53,023 bases of DNA, taken from Candidatus Micrarchaeota archaeon. GTDB lineage: Archaea > Micrarchaeota > Micrarchaeia > Anstonellales > Anstonellaceae. Made by a program: the position numbers and the translations under genes. Below are positions 1 to 7,310 of the stretch, in pieces. The notes below the pieces were generated by a model, which saw nothing but the letters and a program-made list of their open reading frames with translations, searched no databases and was not told the origin of the DNA. The stretch is from NCBI GenBank assembly GCA_026413805.1, contig JAOAKE010000003.1:1-53023 (forward strand). Reading direction: 5' to 3'. Position 1 is the stretch's first letter, and every line of letters starts with the position of its first letter.

Positions 1-123
1 AGGCCTACCTATACCTATTCTTCAACATTGGAGTCGGGCAAAGCTTACTGGATAAAAGTGGCAGCAAGCTGCAAGCTTGGAGGCAGCACAGAGGACATGC
101 CGCCATCACCCCCACCCAACTAG
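1..123 (+). CDS. 3' end of a secreted-protein gene cut by the window edge; paralogue of the N-terminal domains of the 385..1956 product
   Basis: Frame 1 is open from base 1 to TAG at 121-123. The translation ..ESGKAYWIKVAASCKLGG..PPSPPPN mirrors ..SRGKGVWIKVSSDCNLQRP..PPQPP of the next large ORF. Confidence 0.5.
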   Translation, partial: RPTYTYSSTLESGKAYWIKVAASCKLGGSTEDMPPSPPPN

Positions 124-138
124 AAGGAATTTAAATTC

Positions 139-360
139 ATGAGGGAAAGCATGAATATGGACCTGCGCACCGTTCTCATTTCAGTGCTGGCGGCTTATTT
201 TTTTCTTTTAGGCTGCGTGGAAATCCTCAATCCGCCTTATAGCCCCAACTCAACTGACAATACAACCATTGGCATGAAAGGAGGGGAAAGAGGCAGCACA
301 GGAAGTTCTGCATACCCTGGAGGCTCAGGGGGGGACTTGCCTCCTCCTCCGCCAGAGTGA
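139..360 (+). CDS. small secreted/lipoprotein-like protein, Gly/Ser/Pro-rich
   Basis: 73 aa ORF. The N-terminal hydrophobic segment ends in LLGC (lipobox-like). The C-terminus is low complexity, ending PPPPPE. Confidence 0.4.
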   Translation: MRESMNMDLRTVLISVLAAYFFLLGCVEILNPPYSPNSTDNTTIGMKGGERGSTGSSAYPGGSGGDLPPPPPE

Positions 361-384
361 AAATGACAGCGAAGAGGTGATTTC

Positions 385-1956
385 ATGAAAAAGAATTCTC
401 TTTTTGTAGCGTTTTTGCTCGTGGGCATCTTGCCTTTATTGGCAAATTCTGCCACTGCCTCAGTGCAGCTCTATCCTGGATGGAATCTAGTGTCCTCGCC
501 ATTTTATTATTACGACTCGCTTGACTCGGCAGGTTGCGACTTTACAGGCGACTTCTACCAATACATCCCCTCCATCAAGGCATATTCCAAGAGCAAGACG
601 CTTTCTTCTGTTAACGGCGCTTGGGTTTATTCTCGCAACGCATGCATCTTAAAATTTACAAGCAGCAGGCCAGACGATGTTCTTAATGAGGATATACTTT
701 ATGCAGGCTGGAACCAAGTCGGCCAGCCCTTTCTTTCAGAAGGGGAATCTGTTGATTTTGCAGATGTGATTGGCACCTGCCAAGGCAAGGTAGCAAGCGG
801 GCCATGGTATTACGACACTCCTTCAAAGACATATGTGTATTCTCCTAAACTCTCTCGCGGCAAAGGGGTTTGGATAAAGGTTTCTTCGGACTGCAATCTT
901 CAAAGGCCGTCTAAATCCCAGCCTCCGCAGCCGCCATCTTCTGACAACCAGGACCAGCCCATTTTCAAAGGAGTATTGGACTTGGGCGCAAGCTACAGTG
1001 GAGAGATAAAAGTCAAGTTGGTTGACATTAAGGAAGGTCCCATCGGAGCATATGTTCGCTCTCAGCTTGAGGCCTATGACACAAGCAACAGGCTTGTCAA
1101 AAGCTTTATCCTCGATCCGAAGAATTACGAAAAGGTCGTTCTTCCATCTGGTGCTACCTACCTTGTATATGTAGAAGAAGCACAGAGGGGCTATTCGTTG
1201 TCCGCTGGGTGGGCAAAGATTCGCATATACAGGGTGGCAGGCAGCCCAGACGCATTGTCCGCCATCCAAGCTGGCGACGAAGCCAATCCTTCGGCAGATG
1301 GCGGTGCTTCGCCAGACCTTTTCTTAAAAGAAGGAACTATCAGCCTGGGCCAAACCATTGATGCAGGGCAGATAAGGGTGTTTTTGCTTGACCTTGGCTC
1401 ATCAGGCAAAGAAAAGAGCCCTGCCATGGTAAGTGTGCAAGACATGGGTGGAGCTGAAATCAAAAGGCTGATAATCCCGGTCGGCTCTTTTAGGATGGTG
1501 GAGCTAAAAGGCACCAATTATGCAATTTATGCTGAGGAAACAGCCCCTGATATAACCCTCAATACAAAATGGGCAGCCCTCTCAATTTATGAAGTGAGAG
1601 GCAGGCCTGACAGTGCAGGCCGCACCAAAGAGCTTGTCCCGCTGCCTTCAGGCAAGCCAACCTTGGCAAGCGCTTCATTGAAGATTGGGCAGCCACTGCA
1701 CTTCTCCATAGCCAACGTTCCTTACTCTGTCTTCTTGGATGGAATAAGCGCATTTCCGGACAACAACAGGGAGGCAATAGTTTCGGTCAAAGACTCTTCT
1801 GGCAATCCGATTGCAATGCGCAGCATTCCGGCGAACAAGGGGGCCAAATTTTCCGCTGGCAGAGCCAAATTCTTAGTCTATGTGAATTCCATCTCTTTGC
1901 AAACAAGCAACCCTGGCGAGTCCAAGGCAGTAATATTGGTCTATGACCTTTCATGA
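385..1956 (+). CDS. secreted repeat protein with two N-terminal GWN..WIKV domains, a Pro-rich linker and three ~110 aa repeats
   Basis: Signal peptide MKKNSLFVAFLLVGILPLLANSA. Duplicated motif YPGWNLVS..GAWVYS / YAGWNQVG..GVWIKV. Linker QPPQPPSS. Three repeats each end in a ..YLVYVEE/..YAIYAEE/..FLVYVNS..I(Y)xV pattern. Confidence 0.75.
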   Translation: MKKNSLFVAFLLVGILPLLANSATASVQLYPGWNLVSSPFYYYDSLDSAGCDFTGDFYQYIPSIKAYSKSKTLSSVNGAWVYSRNACILKFTSSRPDDVLNEDILYAGWNQVGQPFLSEGESVDFADVIGTCQGKVASGPWYYDTPSKTYVYSPKLSRGKGVWIKVSSDCNLQRPSKSQPPQPPSSDNQDQPIFKGVLDLGASYSGEIKVKLVDIKEGPIGAYVRSQLEAYDTSNRLVKSFILDPKNYEKVVLPSGATYLVYVEEAQRGYSLSAGWAKIRIYRVAGSPDALSAIQAGDEANPSADGGASPDLFLKEGTISLGQTIDAGQIRVFLLDLGSSGKEKSPAMVSVQDMGGAEIKRLIIPVGSFRMVELKGTNYAIYAEETAPDITLNTKWAALSIYEVRGRPDSAGRTKELVPLPSGKPTLASASLKIGQPLHFSIANVPYSVFLDGISAFPDNNREAIVSVKDSSGNPIAMRSIPANKGAKFSAGRAKFLVYVNSISLQTSNPGESKAVILVYDLS

Positions 1957-1960
1957 AATG

Positions 1961-1966
1961 AAAAAA
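1961..1966 (-). terminator. oligo-T tract directly after tRNA-Glu
   Basis: The minus strand reads ..TCGGAGC-G-CTC-TTTTTT. Archaeal terminators are typically oligo-T runs. Confidence 0.45.
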
Positions 1967-1969
1967 GAG

Positions 1970-2126
1970 CGCTCCGACCGGGAATGCCAGCTTGCTGGCG
2001 CAGGAGCCAGCGAAAGCCTTTGAACCCGGGTTACCGGCTTTCTTTTCTTAAGGTCCCTGCCAACAAATTTGCAAGGGCGTGTGGAATGAAAGGCCGGCGT
2101 CCTTGACCGGGCTAGACTATCGGAGC
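1970..2126 (-). tRNA. tRNA-Glu(UUC) with two introns (anticodon loop 37/38 and T loop)
   Basis: Read on the minus strand. Acceptor GCTCCGA (2126-2120) pairs with TCGGAGC (1977-1971). D arm GTCT/GGAC. Anticodon stem CCGGC (2097-2093) pairs with GCCGG (2038-2034). Loop CTTTCA..A with anticodon TTC at 2090-2088. T stem CCGGG (2029-2025) pairs with CCCGG (1982-1978). The gene is 157 nt versus about 75 nt mature. The 47 nt intron 2086-2040 forms a canonical bulge-helix-bulge (CTTT:AAAG central helix). A ~35 nt insert splits TTCAAA..T. Confidence 0.9.
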
Positions 2127-2151
2127 CTGTCTTTTCCTTGCCAGCAAGGAG

Positions 2152-2161
2152 TTAAAAATAG
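2152..2161 (-). promoter_or_regulatory. TATA-box-like element upstream of tRNA-Glu
   Basis: Minus strand CTATTTTTAA is centred about 30 nt upstream of the tRNA 5' end at 2126. Confidence 0.4.
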
Positions 2162-2231
2162 TTGGTGTTGGAAGGTTTTCCAAGAATATTGCAAAGGGTT
2201 TTAATCCCTTCTGCAAATTACATCCCAAAAA

Positions 2232-2522
2232 GTGAGTGGGATGCAAAGCCAAAAAAATCCATTTGTCAAAAGCCAAGATCTTCTAAGCAAAAGGCTATGT
2301 GATGCCACCCTTGCCCTTTGCAAGGCACAAGTCCCTCGCGAAATGCAGGTTAGCCTGGCAAGGTTGCTTATTGAGAGCAACGCCTCTGTGGAAATCAAGC
2401 GCGTAGTTGAAGGCCCAAATTTCCCAAAGCTTTCCAATCACGTGCAAAATGCACTGAAAGAGTATTTGAACAATCCTTCAAAATTTCAAAAAAGCCCTTT
2501 TTCTGAAGGTCCCTTCAAATGA
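2232..2522 (+). CDS. hypothetical small protein (possibly starting at ATG 2241)
   Basis: 96 aa ORF in an otherwise empty interval between tRNA-Glu and the next gene. No recognisable motif. Confidence 0.3.
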   Translation: MSGMQSQKNPFVKSQDLLSKRLCDATLALCKAQVPREMQVSLARLLIESNASVEIKRVVEGPNFPKLSNHVQNALKEYLNNPSKFQKSPFSEGPFK

Positions 2523-2527
2523 ACCAA

Positions 2528-3400
2528 TCAGGTTCCGCAAAGCATCCTCAAAATGTCGCGCAGACCAGGGGCAAACCCCATTATCGCAACAACCACCAGC
2601 ACCAGCGCCCTGTCGCCCCACTCTATTTTTTCCTTGCGCAGCAAATAGACTATTGCTGATGCGAGCACCACCTTGACAATCAAGAATAGCAGAAAGCCAA
2701 GGGGAGTAGCAGCGCCAATAATGGATGGAATGACGTGCTGCTCAAAATAAACCTTTCCGCTTGCCTTTGAGAAAACATCAATGACTACAAAAGTGGCAGC
2801 TCCATCAAGGGCCTGCCCCGATATTGCAAGCTTTTCATGCAGGTTTGCCTGTGCTTTTGTGGCGTGCTCGAGCAGGTGGAAGGCAGCAAAAGAGACTATG
2901 CAGGCAACTGCAATTGCCAATAGGAAAAATTCAAAGTGCGCTGCAAAAGGCAGGAGGATAGCAAGGCACAAGAGCCACAAAATTCCCCCAACAAAAACAG
3001 GGAACTTATTATTTCTCATTGCCATGCCAAGAGCTATTGAGGTGAGAAAAAGGGCAGCAGTCACTATGTAAATCCCCGGAGTCACTGTCAGGTATCCATA
3101 CTCAAACAGCCCAGAGGAATAAAGAGCATAATAAAAGCCATTCTGCTTAGCCGCCTCTGCGACAAAGCCAGCATCCCACAAGTCAGTTATTACCCGAGAG
3201 GTAGAACCAAACAGCACAAAGGCAGCAGTGCCGTACAAGAATTCCCTGCTGCCAAAATCATATCCCTTGCCTTTGAGCACCTTCCAGATAACATAAAGAG
3301 AAGCCAACGCAATTGCTGCATAGACTGAAGTATTGACCAGGTTGTATCCAGACCTTTCAAAAATCGGGCTGACAAAATATTCATGGAATATGTTTTCCAT
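2528..3400 (-). CDS. polytopic membrane protein, DUF63-like
   Basis: 290 aa with about 8 hydrophobic segments. The layout and the N-terminal ..YNLVNTSVYA.. resemble the archaeal DUF63 family; this is from memory, not searched. Confidence 0.6.
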   Translation of the reverse strand: MENIFHEYFVSPIFERSGYNLVNTSVYAAIALASLYVIWKVLKGKGYDFGSREFLYGTAAFVLFGSTSRVITDLWDAGFVAEAAKQNGFYYALYSSGLFEYGYLTVTPGIYIVTAALFLTSIALGMAMRNNKFPVFVGGILWLLCLAILLPFAAHFEFFLLAIAVACIVSFAAFHLLEHATKAQANLHEKLAISGQALDGAATFVVIDVFSKASGKVYFEQHVIPSIIGAATPLGFLLFLIVKVVLASAIVYLLRKEKIEWGDRALVLVVVAIMGFAPGLRDILRMLCGT

Positions 3401-3441
3401 AAGCCTCTTGCACTCTTCATGGCTCTAAAGGGTTAAATAGG

Positions 3442-4227
3442 TTGTCGGAGAAAGGGCAGTGGTGGTTTCCAATGCGCCATGCCATTGCCTCATTTAAAGA
3501 AGCATTCGGTGAATTCAAAAAGAAGCCAAAAGAGTTCATTCTCCCTTCAATCCTTAGCTTTATTATAGCCTCTGTGCTCTTTCTTTTGGCCTTTTTCATC
3601 CTCCTTGCAAGCGGCATTATAGGCGTGGGGGCATTTAACAAGCTATTCTCACTGCCAACTGCAAGCCTTGATGCTGCCGCCCTTGTCCTTGTAGCTTTGG
3701 CAATGTTTGCAATACTGCTGTTTTTCAGCTGGGTTTTATGCGGGACAATTGGGGCCTATTTTGGCGAGCTAAATTCCATCTATGCTGAGAAGAAGCATTC
3801 CCCATGGGACTTTCTTCTTTCTATTCCTTCGCACGCCAACGCAACCTTTATGGCAGTCCTTCTGTCAGCTGCAGTTGTTGCCTTCCCTGTTATTGCCTTT
3901 TCAGCCTTGGCGTCTTTCTTTTCAGAAAGCTGGCTATTTGCCACAGTATTGTTTTTAGCTGGGGCTGCAATCAGCTGGCTTCTTTCACTTCTTTTTGTCC
4001 TTGTGTTCCCTTCTTGCTGCACTGGCGGGAAAAGGGGAGCATCAGCAGCTTTTCATTCTGCCAGACTTGCGCTGAAAAACCCAGCAGACATATTTGCATG
4101 GGCAGTGGCGCTTTGCCTTCTGTCTTTGCCTCTGTTCATACCTCTTCTCGGCGTCCTATATTTCGTCCTTTTCGCCATGCCATTCTCCACCCTCTCCTTG
4201 CTTATCCTGTTTAAAAAGCTAAGATGA
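3442..4227 (+). CDS. polytopic membrane protein, unknown function
   Basis: 261 aa ORF with a TTG start and multiple long hydrophobic segments. Confidence 0.55.
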   Translation: MSEKGQWWFPMRHAIASFKEAFGEFKKKPKEFILPSILSFIIASVLFLLAFFILLASGIIGVGAFNKLFSLPTASLDAAALVLVALAMFAILLFFSWVLCGTIGAYFGELNSIYAEKKHSPWDFLLSIPSHANATFMAVLLSAAVVAFPVIAFSALASFFSESWLFATVLFLAGAAISWLLSLLFVLVFPSCCTGGKRGASAAFHSARLALKNPADIFAWAVALCLLSLPLFIPLLGVLYFVLFAMPFSTLSLLILFKKLR

Positions 4228-4241
4228 GCAGCAGCAAATGG

Positions 4242-4249
4242 CTTTAAAC
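4242..4249 (+). promoter_or_regulatory. TATA-box-like element upstream of the tRNA at 4270
   Basis: CTTTAAAC is centred about 25 nt upstream of the tRNA 5' end. Confidence 0.4.
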
Positions 4250-4269
4250 CCTTTTTCTCAAATGAAAAC

Positions 4270-4447
4270 GGGCCCGTAGCTCAGCTGGTTAGAGCGGCAT
4301 CCTCTAAATGCATTTTGCATTTGGATGGACGCATGTCTTATATGACACGCTCTCGCAAAGTGTCTTGGACAGCTGTAGGTCACGAGTTCTCAAGCAAGGC
4401 GCGTTTGCCTTCTGCCCCTGCTTGGCTTAAGAATCTCGTCGGGCCCA
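4270..4447 (+). tRNA. tRNA gene with three putative introns; apparent anticodon CUA, isotype unresolved
   Basis: Acceptor GGGCCCG (4270-76) pairs with CGGGCCC (4440-46), with A73 at 4447. D arm is GCTC-AGCTGGTTA-GAGC. T stem ACGAG (4382-86) pairs with CTCGT (4435-39). The T loop is split TTC | 41 nt | GAAT with a good bulge-helix-bulge. The anticodon arm starts GCATC + CTCTAAA (4297-4308). The gene is 178 nt versus 74 nt mature. Confidence 0.8.
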
Positions 4448-4505
4448 TTTTCTGTTCCGAGCGGAGAACCGCAGCTTTTTTATTGAAGAAAACCAAATCA
4501 GCACC

Positions 4506-4817
4506 ATGGCAGCAAAAAAGCGAAAGCAAGGTGGAATCCAGGAATTAATCCGCGAGAGGATTGACATACTCCTTTCCATGGCTTGCCGCGCATTGAAAGA
4601 GGGAAAAGAGGTCCATGCCCGCCGTTATGTGTTTTTGGCGCGCAAGCTTTCAACGCGCTTTAACTGCCGCTTAAGCCCAAGACAAAAAGCCCTATTTTGC
4701 AAAAAATGCGGCGTGCCGCTGGTGGCTGGGTTGAATGCTTCGGTGCGCCTGAAAAAAAGGAGGCGAAGCGCAGAATACCGCTGCTCTTGCGGAGCATCAC
4801 GTTATTTTAAATATTAA
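4506..4817 (+). CDS. rnp4: RNase P protein component 4 (Rpp21/Rpr2 family)
   Basis: 103 aa basic protein. N-terminal helical region ..RERIDILLSMA..ARRYV.LARKLS.. and a zinc ribbon, CKKCG..(x)..CSCG. Confidence 0.85.
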   Translation: MAAKKRKQGGIQELIRERIDILLSMACRALKEGKEVHARRYVFLARKLSTRFNCRLSPRQKALFCKKCGVPLVAGLNASVRLKKRRRSAEYRCSCGASRYFKY

Positions 4818-4832
4818 GCAAGAAATCAATTC

Positions 4833-5465
4833 ATGCTTGCCCAAAAGCCGAATCAAACTGGCTTTTCTCTTAGAGAAGTTTATCCCCCTCCTCTTTCTGC
4901 CCGGCCTGACCAGAAAACACTTTCCAAAGCAACCAGCATGGCAGTTTCTTCCATCAACGAAGACCCAGCGCTTTTATCTGAAATTTCAAATACAGAAAAA
5001 AAGCTAAACGCCAATATCACAAATGCAATTGGCGATGTAGCTTTCAAGACCATATTGAATATAGACTCCAGCCTCTTTGAGGGAAAAAAGATTGGCCCCT
5101 CTGCCTGCAGCGTGGCAGCTGAAATTTGTAGCGTTATAATTGGACAGGTTGCAAGCGAGGAAGTCCAGAAAGAGTATCATTCTGCCAAAAGCGAAGCAGA
5201 ACGTTTTAGGATATTTGACAAGGCCACTTATGCAGGCGCGAGCAGGGACATATTCAACCTCGCAATAAAAATATTGAAATACATCTCTTTGGCATATGCG
5301 AGCGCCATTTACTCCCAAGAGTTCGACAGGTCGAGATATATCTCAGCAACCAATGCTATGCTTGCCTACCTGCGCCAGCAATTCCAAATCAATTACGAAA
5401 AGCACGAAAGTTACACTAGGGAAAGGGAAAAAAAACACTCCAAAAAAAACGGCTTTTTAACATAG
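4833..5465 (+). CDS. hypothetical protein
   Basis: 210 aa ORF ending in TAG. No recognisable motif. Confidence 0.5.
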   Translation: MLAQKPNQTGFSLREVYPPPLSARPDQKTLSKATSMAVSSINEDPALLSEISNTEKKLNANITNAIGDVAFKTILNIDSSLFEGKKIGPSACSVAAEICSVIIGQVASEEVQKEYHSAKSEAERFRIFDKATYAGASRDIFNLAIKILKYISLAYASAIYSQEFDRSRYISATNAMLAYLRQQFQINYEKHESYTREREKKHSKKNGFLT

Positions 5466-5589
5466 CAAAATCAGCCCAAGCCTCCCATATCTTTAAATAC
5501 CCTTGTCCACTCTATTAGACGGCGGACTCGGTCGGCTGCTGCGACAGATTTTCGCGTTTTGTTGTAGTATTCTCCCAAGAGGTGTAAAG

Positions 5590-5997
5590 ATGGTAACAGT
5601 TTATGACGTAACCCCGAACAAGCTTATCAAAAGGGTTGCCGAAAAGCTCAAAGGAATGGGCATTCCTGCCCCGAAATTCATCGGCACTGTCAAAAGCGGC
5701 GCACATCGCCAGCGCCTTCCTCAGCAAAAGGACTTTTGGTATATTCGGCTCGCTGCCATACTGCGAAATGCATATATCCGAGGCACAGTTGGGGTGGAAA
5801 GGCTTCGAGTCCATTTTGGCGGGAGAAAGGTCCGGGGAGTAAAGCCTGAAGAGAAGCGAAAGGCAGGAGGCTCAATAATCCGAAAAGGGCTGCAGGCCCT
5901 TGAGGCAGCTGGGCTCATGGTTAAGAAAAAGAAGGGAAGGGAGATTTCCCCTGCAGGAAAAAAGCTTCTTGATTCAGCGGCAAAGGAAGTTTTCTGA
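5590..5997 (+). CDS. rps19e: 30S ribosomal protein S19e
   Basis: MVTVYDVTPNKLIKRVAEKLK...WYIRLAAILRNAYIRG..GV..L....GG is typical S19e. The start was moved to the internal ATG at 5590, behind a GAGGTG Shine-Dalgarno (SD) ribosome-binding sequence. Confidence 0.9.
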   Translation: MVTVYDVTPNKLIKRVAEKLKGMGIPAPKFIGTVKSGAHRQRLPQQKDFWYIRLAAILRNAYIRGTVGVERLRVHFGGRKVRGVKPEEKRKAGGSIIRKGLQALEAAGLMVKKKKGREISPAGKKLLDSAAKEVF

Positions 5998-6015
5998 CAA
6001 TTTGAGGTTGAGGGA

Positions 6016-6315
6016 ATGGAAGAAGAGGAGGCAGATGAAGAGGCCCAACAGCAGCTTCAAGCCAAGCTCCAAAAGCTGCAAATTGAGATGAAAAAAAAGG
6101 AGCTCTTGCGCAAGATGCTCTCAAATGAGGCCTATGAGCGAATGATGAATGTGCGCCTGTCAAACCCAGAGCTTTACGAAAAGGTGGTGCATTCCCTTGC
6201 CTACATTGCGCAATCAGGAAGGAGCATGGGGCAGATAAGCGACGAGCAGCTGTATTCCCTTCTTGCAAGGATGTCACAGCGAAAGGAAACTTCCATTGAA
6301 TTTAGGAGAAAATAA
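6016..6315 (+). CDS. DNA-binding protein, PDCD5/TFAR19 family
   Basis: 99 aa with an acidic N-terminus, then ..ILRKMLSNEAYERMMNVRLSNPELYEKV... It sits in the conserved position next to S19e in archaea. Confidence 0.8.
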   Translation: MEEEEADEEAQQQLQAKLQKLQIEMKKKELLRKMLSNEAYERMMNVRLSNPELYEKVVHSLAYIAQSGRSMGQISDEQLYSLLARMSQRKETSIEFRRK

Positions 6316-6327
6316 GGAGATGGTTTC

Positions 6328-6669
6328 ATGTATCACCCAGGGAAAGTAGTAGCGATTCTTTCGCCAAAAGAAAAGGGAGTCATTTCATCTGATTCAAGCG
6401 TCCAGGTGACTATGCGGATGTGGGATGAGAACGTTCTTACAATGGTCGTAAGCCCTAAAATAGCTCAAAGGGTCAGGATAGGCGACATTGTGCTTGCAGA
6501 CTACAGGCCTGAAAAGGGCCTGTCCATGCCAGTCCCTCGGCACGTCGTGGTAAAGATCTTGCGGGCTGAAGCGGCAGAGAAAGTGTGGAAGATTTACCAA
6601 GATGCATATGAAAGGAGAAAGAGCCATGAAAAGCGCGAGAAGGAAGCGCAGCAATCCTATATCGGTTAG
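6328..6669 (+). CDS. hypothetical protein
   Basis: 113 aa ORF inside the ribosomal cluster. No motif recognised. Confidence 0.5.
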   Translation: MYHPGKVVAILSPKEKGVISSDSSVQVTMRMWDENVLTMVVSPKIAQRVRIGDIVLADYRPEKGLSMPVPRHVVVKILRAEAAEKVWKIYQDAYERRKSHEKREKEAQQSYIG

Positions 6670-6691
6670 CTTTTCCCCCGAAGGTGAATTT

Positions 6692-6874
6692 ATGAGCAGG
6701 TCAAAAACCCCAAAAGTGAAGGCAACCCTCGGCAAGATGATGAAGAGGAACAGGCGAATACCGCTCTTCGTAATTGCAAAGACCAACCGCCGGGTAGTGC
6801 AAAACAAGGAGCGAAGGAACTGGCGAAGCCAGAAACTAAAAATGCAGTCTCAAAAAAGAAAAAGGATGAATTGA
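6692..6874 (+). CDS. rpl39e: 50S ribosomal protein L39e
   Basis: MSRSKTPKVKATLGKMMKRNRRIPLFVIAKTNRRV..RRNWRSQKLK matches the L39e pattern. Start at the internal ATG. Confidence 0.85.
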   Translation: MSRSKTPKVKATLGKMMKRNRRIPLFVIAKTNRRVVQNKERRNWRSQKLKMQSQKRKRMN

Positions 6875-6886
6875 AGGTGAGCTTGC

Positions 6887-7306
6887 ATGGCAACTCTTGA
6901 AAGGATATACACCATACCTCTTGGGAAGGTCTATTCTGCCGTTCGCAACAAAAGAGGCAGGAAGGCAATCCAGCTTATAAGAGGATTTGCCGCCAGGCAC
7001 CTTAAGGCAGAATCAGTGAAAATTTCAGAGGGAGTCAACAGCTTGGTGCTGCGCGACGGGATACAAAAGCCGCCGAGAAGGATAAAGGTGCGGATAGTAA
7101 AGGACGACAAGGGGACGGCTAAGGTCTGGCTTATTGGCGAAGAAGAGAAGGCAAAGGAGCTTGCAGAGGCCAAAAAGAAAGAAGAAGAGGCAAAGAAAAA
7201 AGAGGAAGGCAGCAAAAAGGAAGAAAAGAAAGAAGAAGCCAAAAAGAAGCAGGAAGGGCAGCAAGCTCCCCAATTGCAGAAGCAATCCCAACAGCCAAAG
7301 AAGTAG
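6887..7306 (+). CDS. rpl31e: 50S ribosomal protein L31e with a Lys/Glu-rich C-terminal extension
   Basis: The core ..ERIYTIPLGKVY...RNKRGRKAIQLIRGFAARH..VKIS.GVN..V...GIQKPPRRIKVRI is L31e. About 55 extra KE-rich residues follow. TAG stop. Confidence 0.9.
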   Translation: MATLERIYTIPLGKVYSAVRNKRGRKAIQLIRGFAARHLKAESVKISEGVNSLVLRDGIQKPPRRIKVRIVKDDKGTAKVWLIGEEEKAKELAEAKKKEEEAKKKEEGSKKEEKKEEAKKKQEGQQAPQLQKQSQQPKK

Positions 7307-7310
7307 TTTT

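Noticed and set aside
1957-2230. Structured GC-rich intergenic region first suspected to be SRP RNA or another ncRNA
   Set aside because: It resolves completely as the two-intron tRNA-Glu on the minus strand plus its promoter and terminator.
4304-4306. Genome-wide reassignment of TAG to a sense codon, inferred from the CUA anticodon
   Set aside because: TAG terminates L31e, aIF6, S27ae and other ORFs at the expected protein lengths. No conserved gene in the window shows an in-frame TAG. Only the tRNA itself is reported as an oddity.
1970-4447. Integrated element or genomic island adjacent to the tRNA genes
   Set aside because: There is no integrase, transposase, direct repeat of a tRNA 3' end, or phage-like gene nearby. 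The neighbours are membrane and housekeeping genes.
4315-4548. 77 aa ORF between the membrane-protein gene and rnp4
   Set aside because: It starts inside the intron-containing tRNA gene (4270-4447) and runs into the rnp4 start. There is no coding support.
7140-7260. Apparent tandem DNA repeats (aagaagaagagg.. type), also at 8990-9190 and 47500-47640
   Set aside because: These are imperfect low-complexity coding for Lys/Glu tracts, not discrete repeat units. No CRISPR-like repeat-spacer periodicity appears anywhere in the window.
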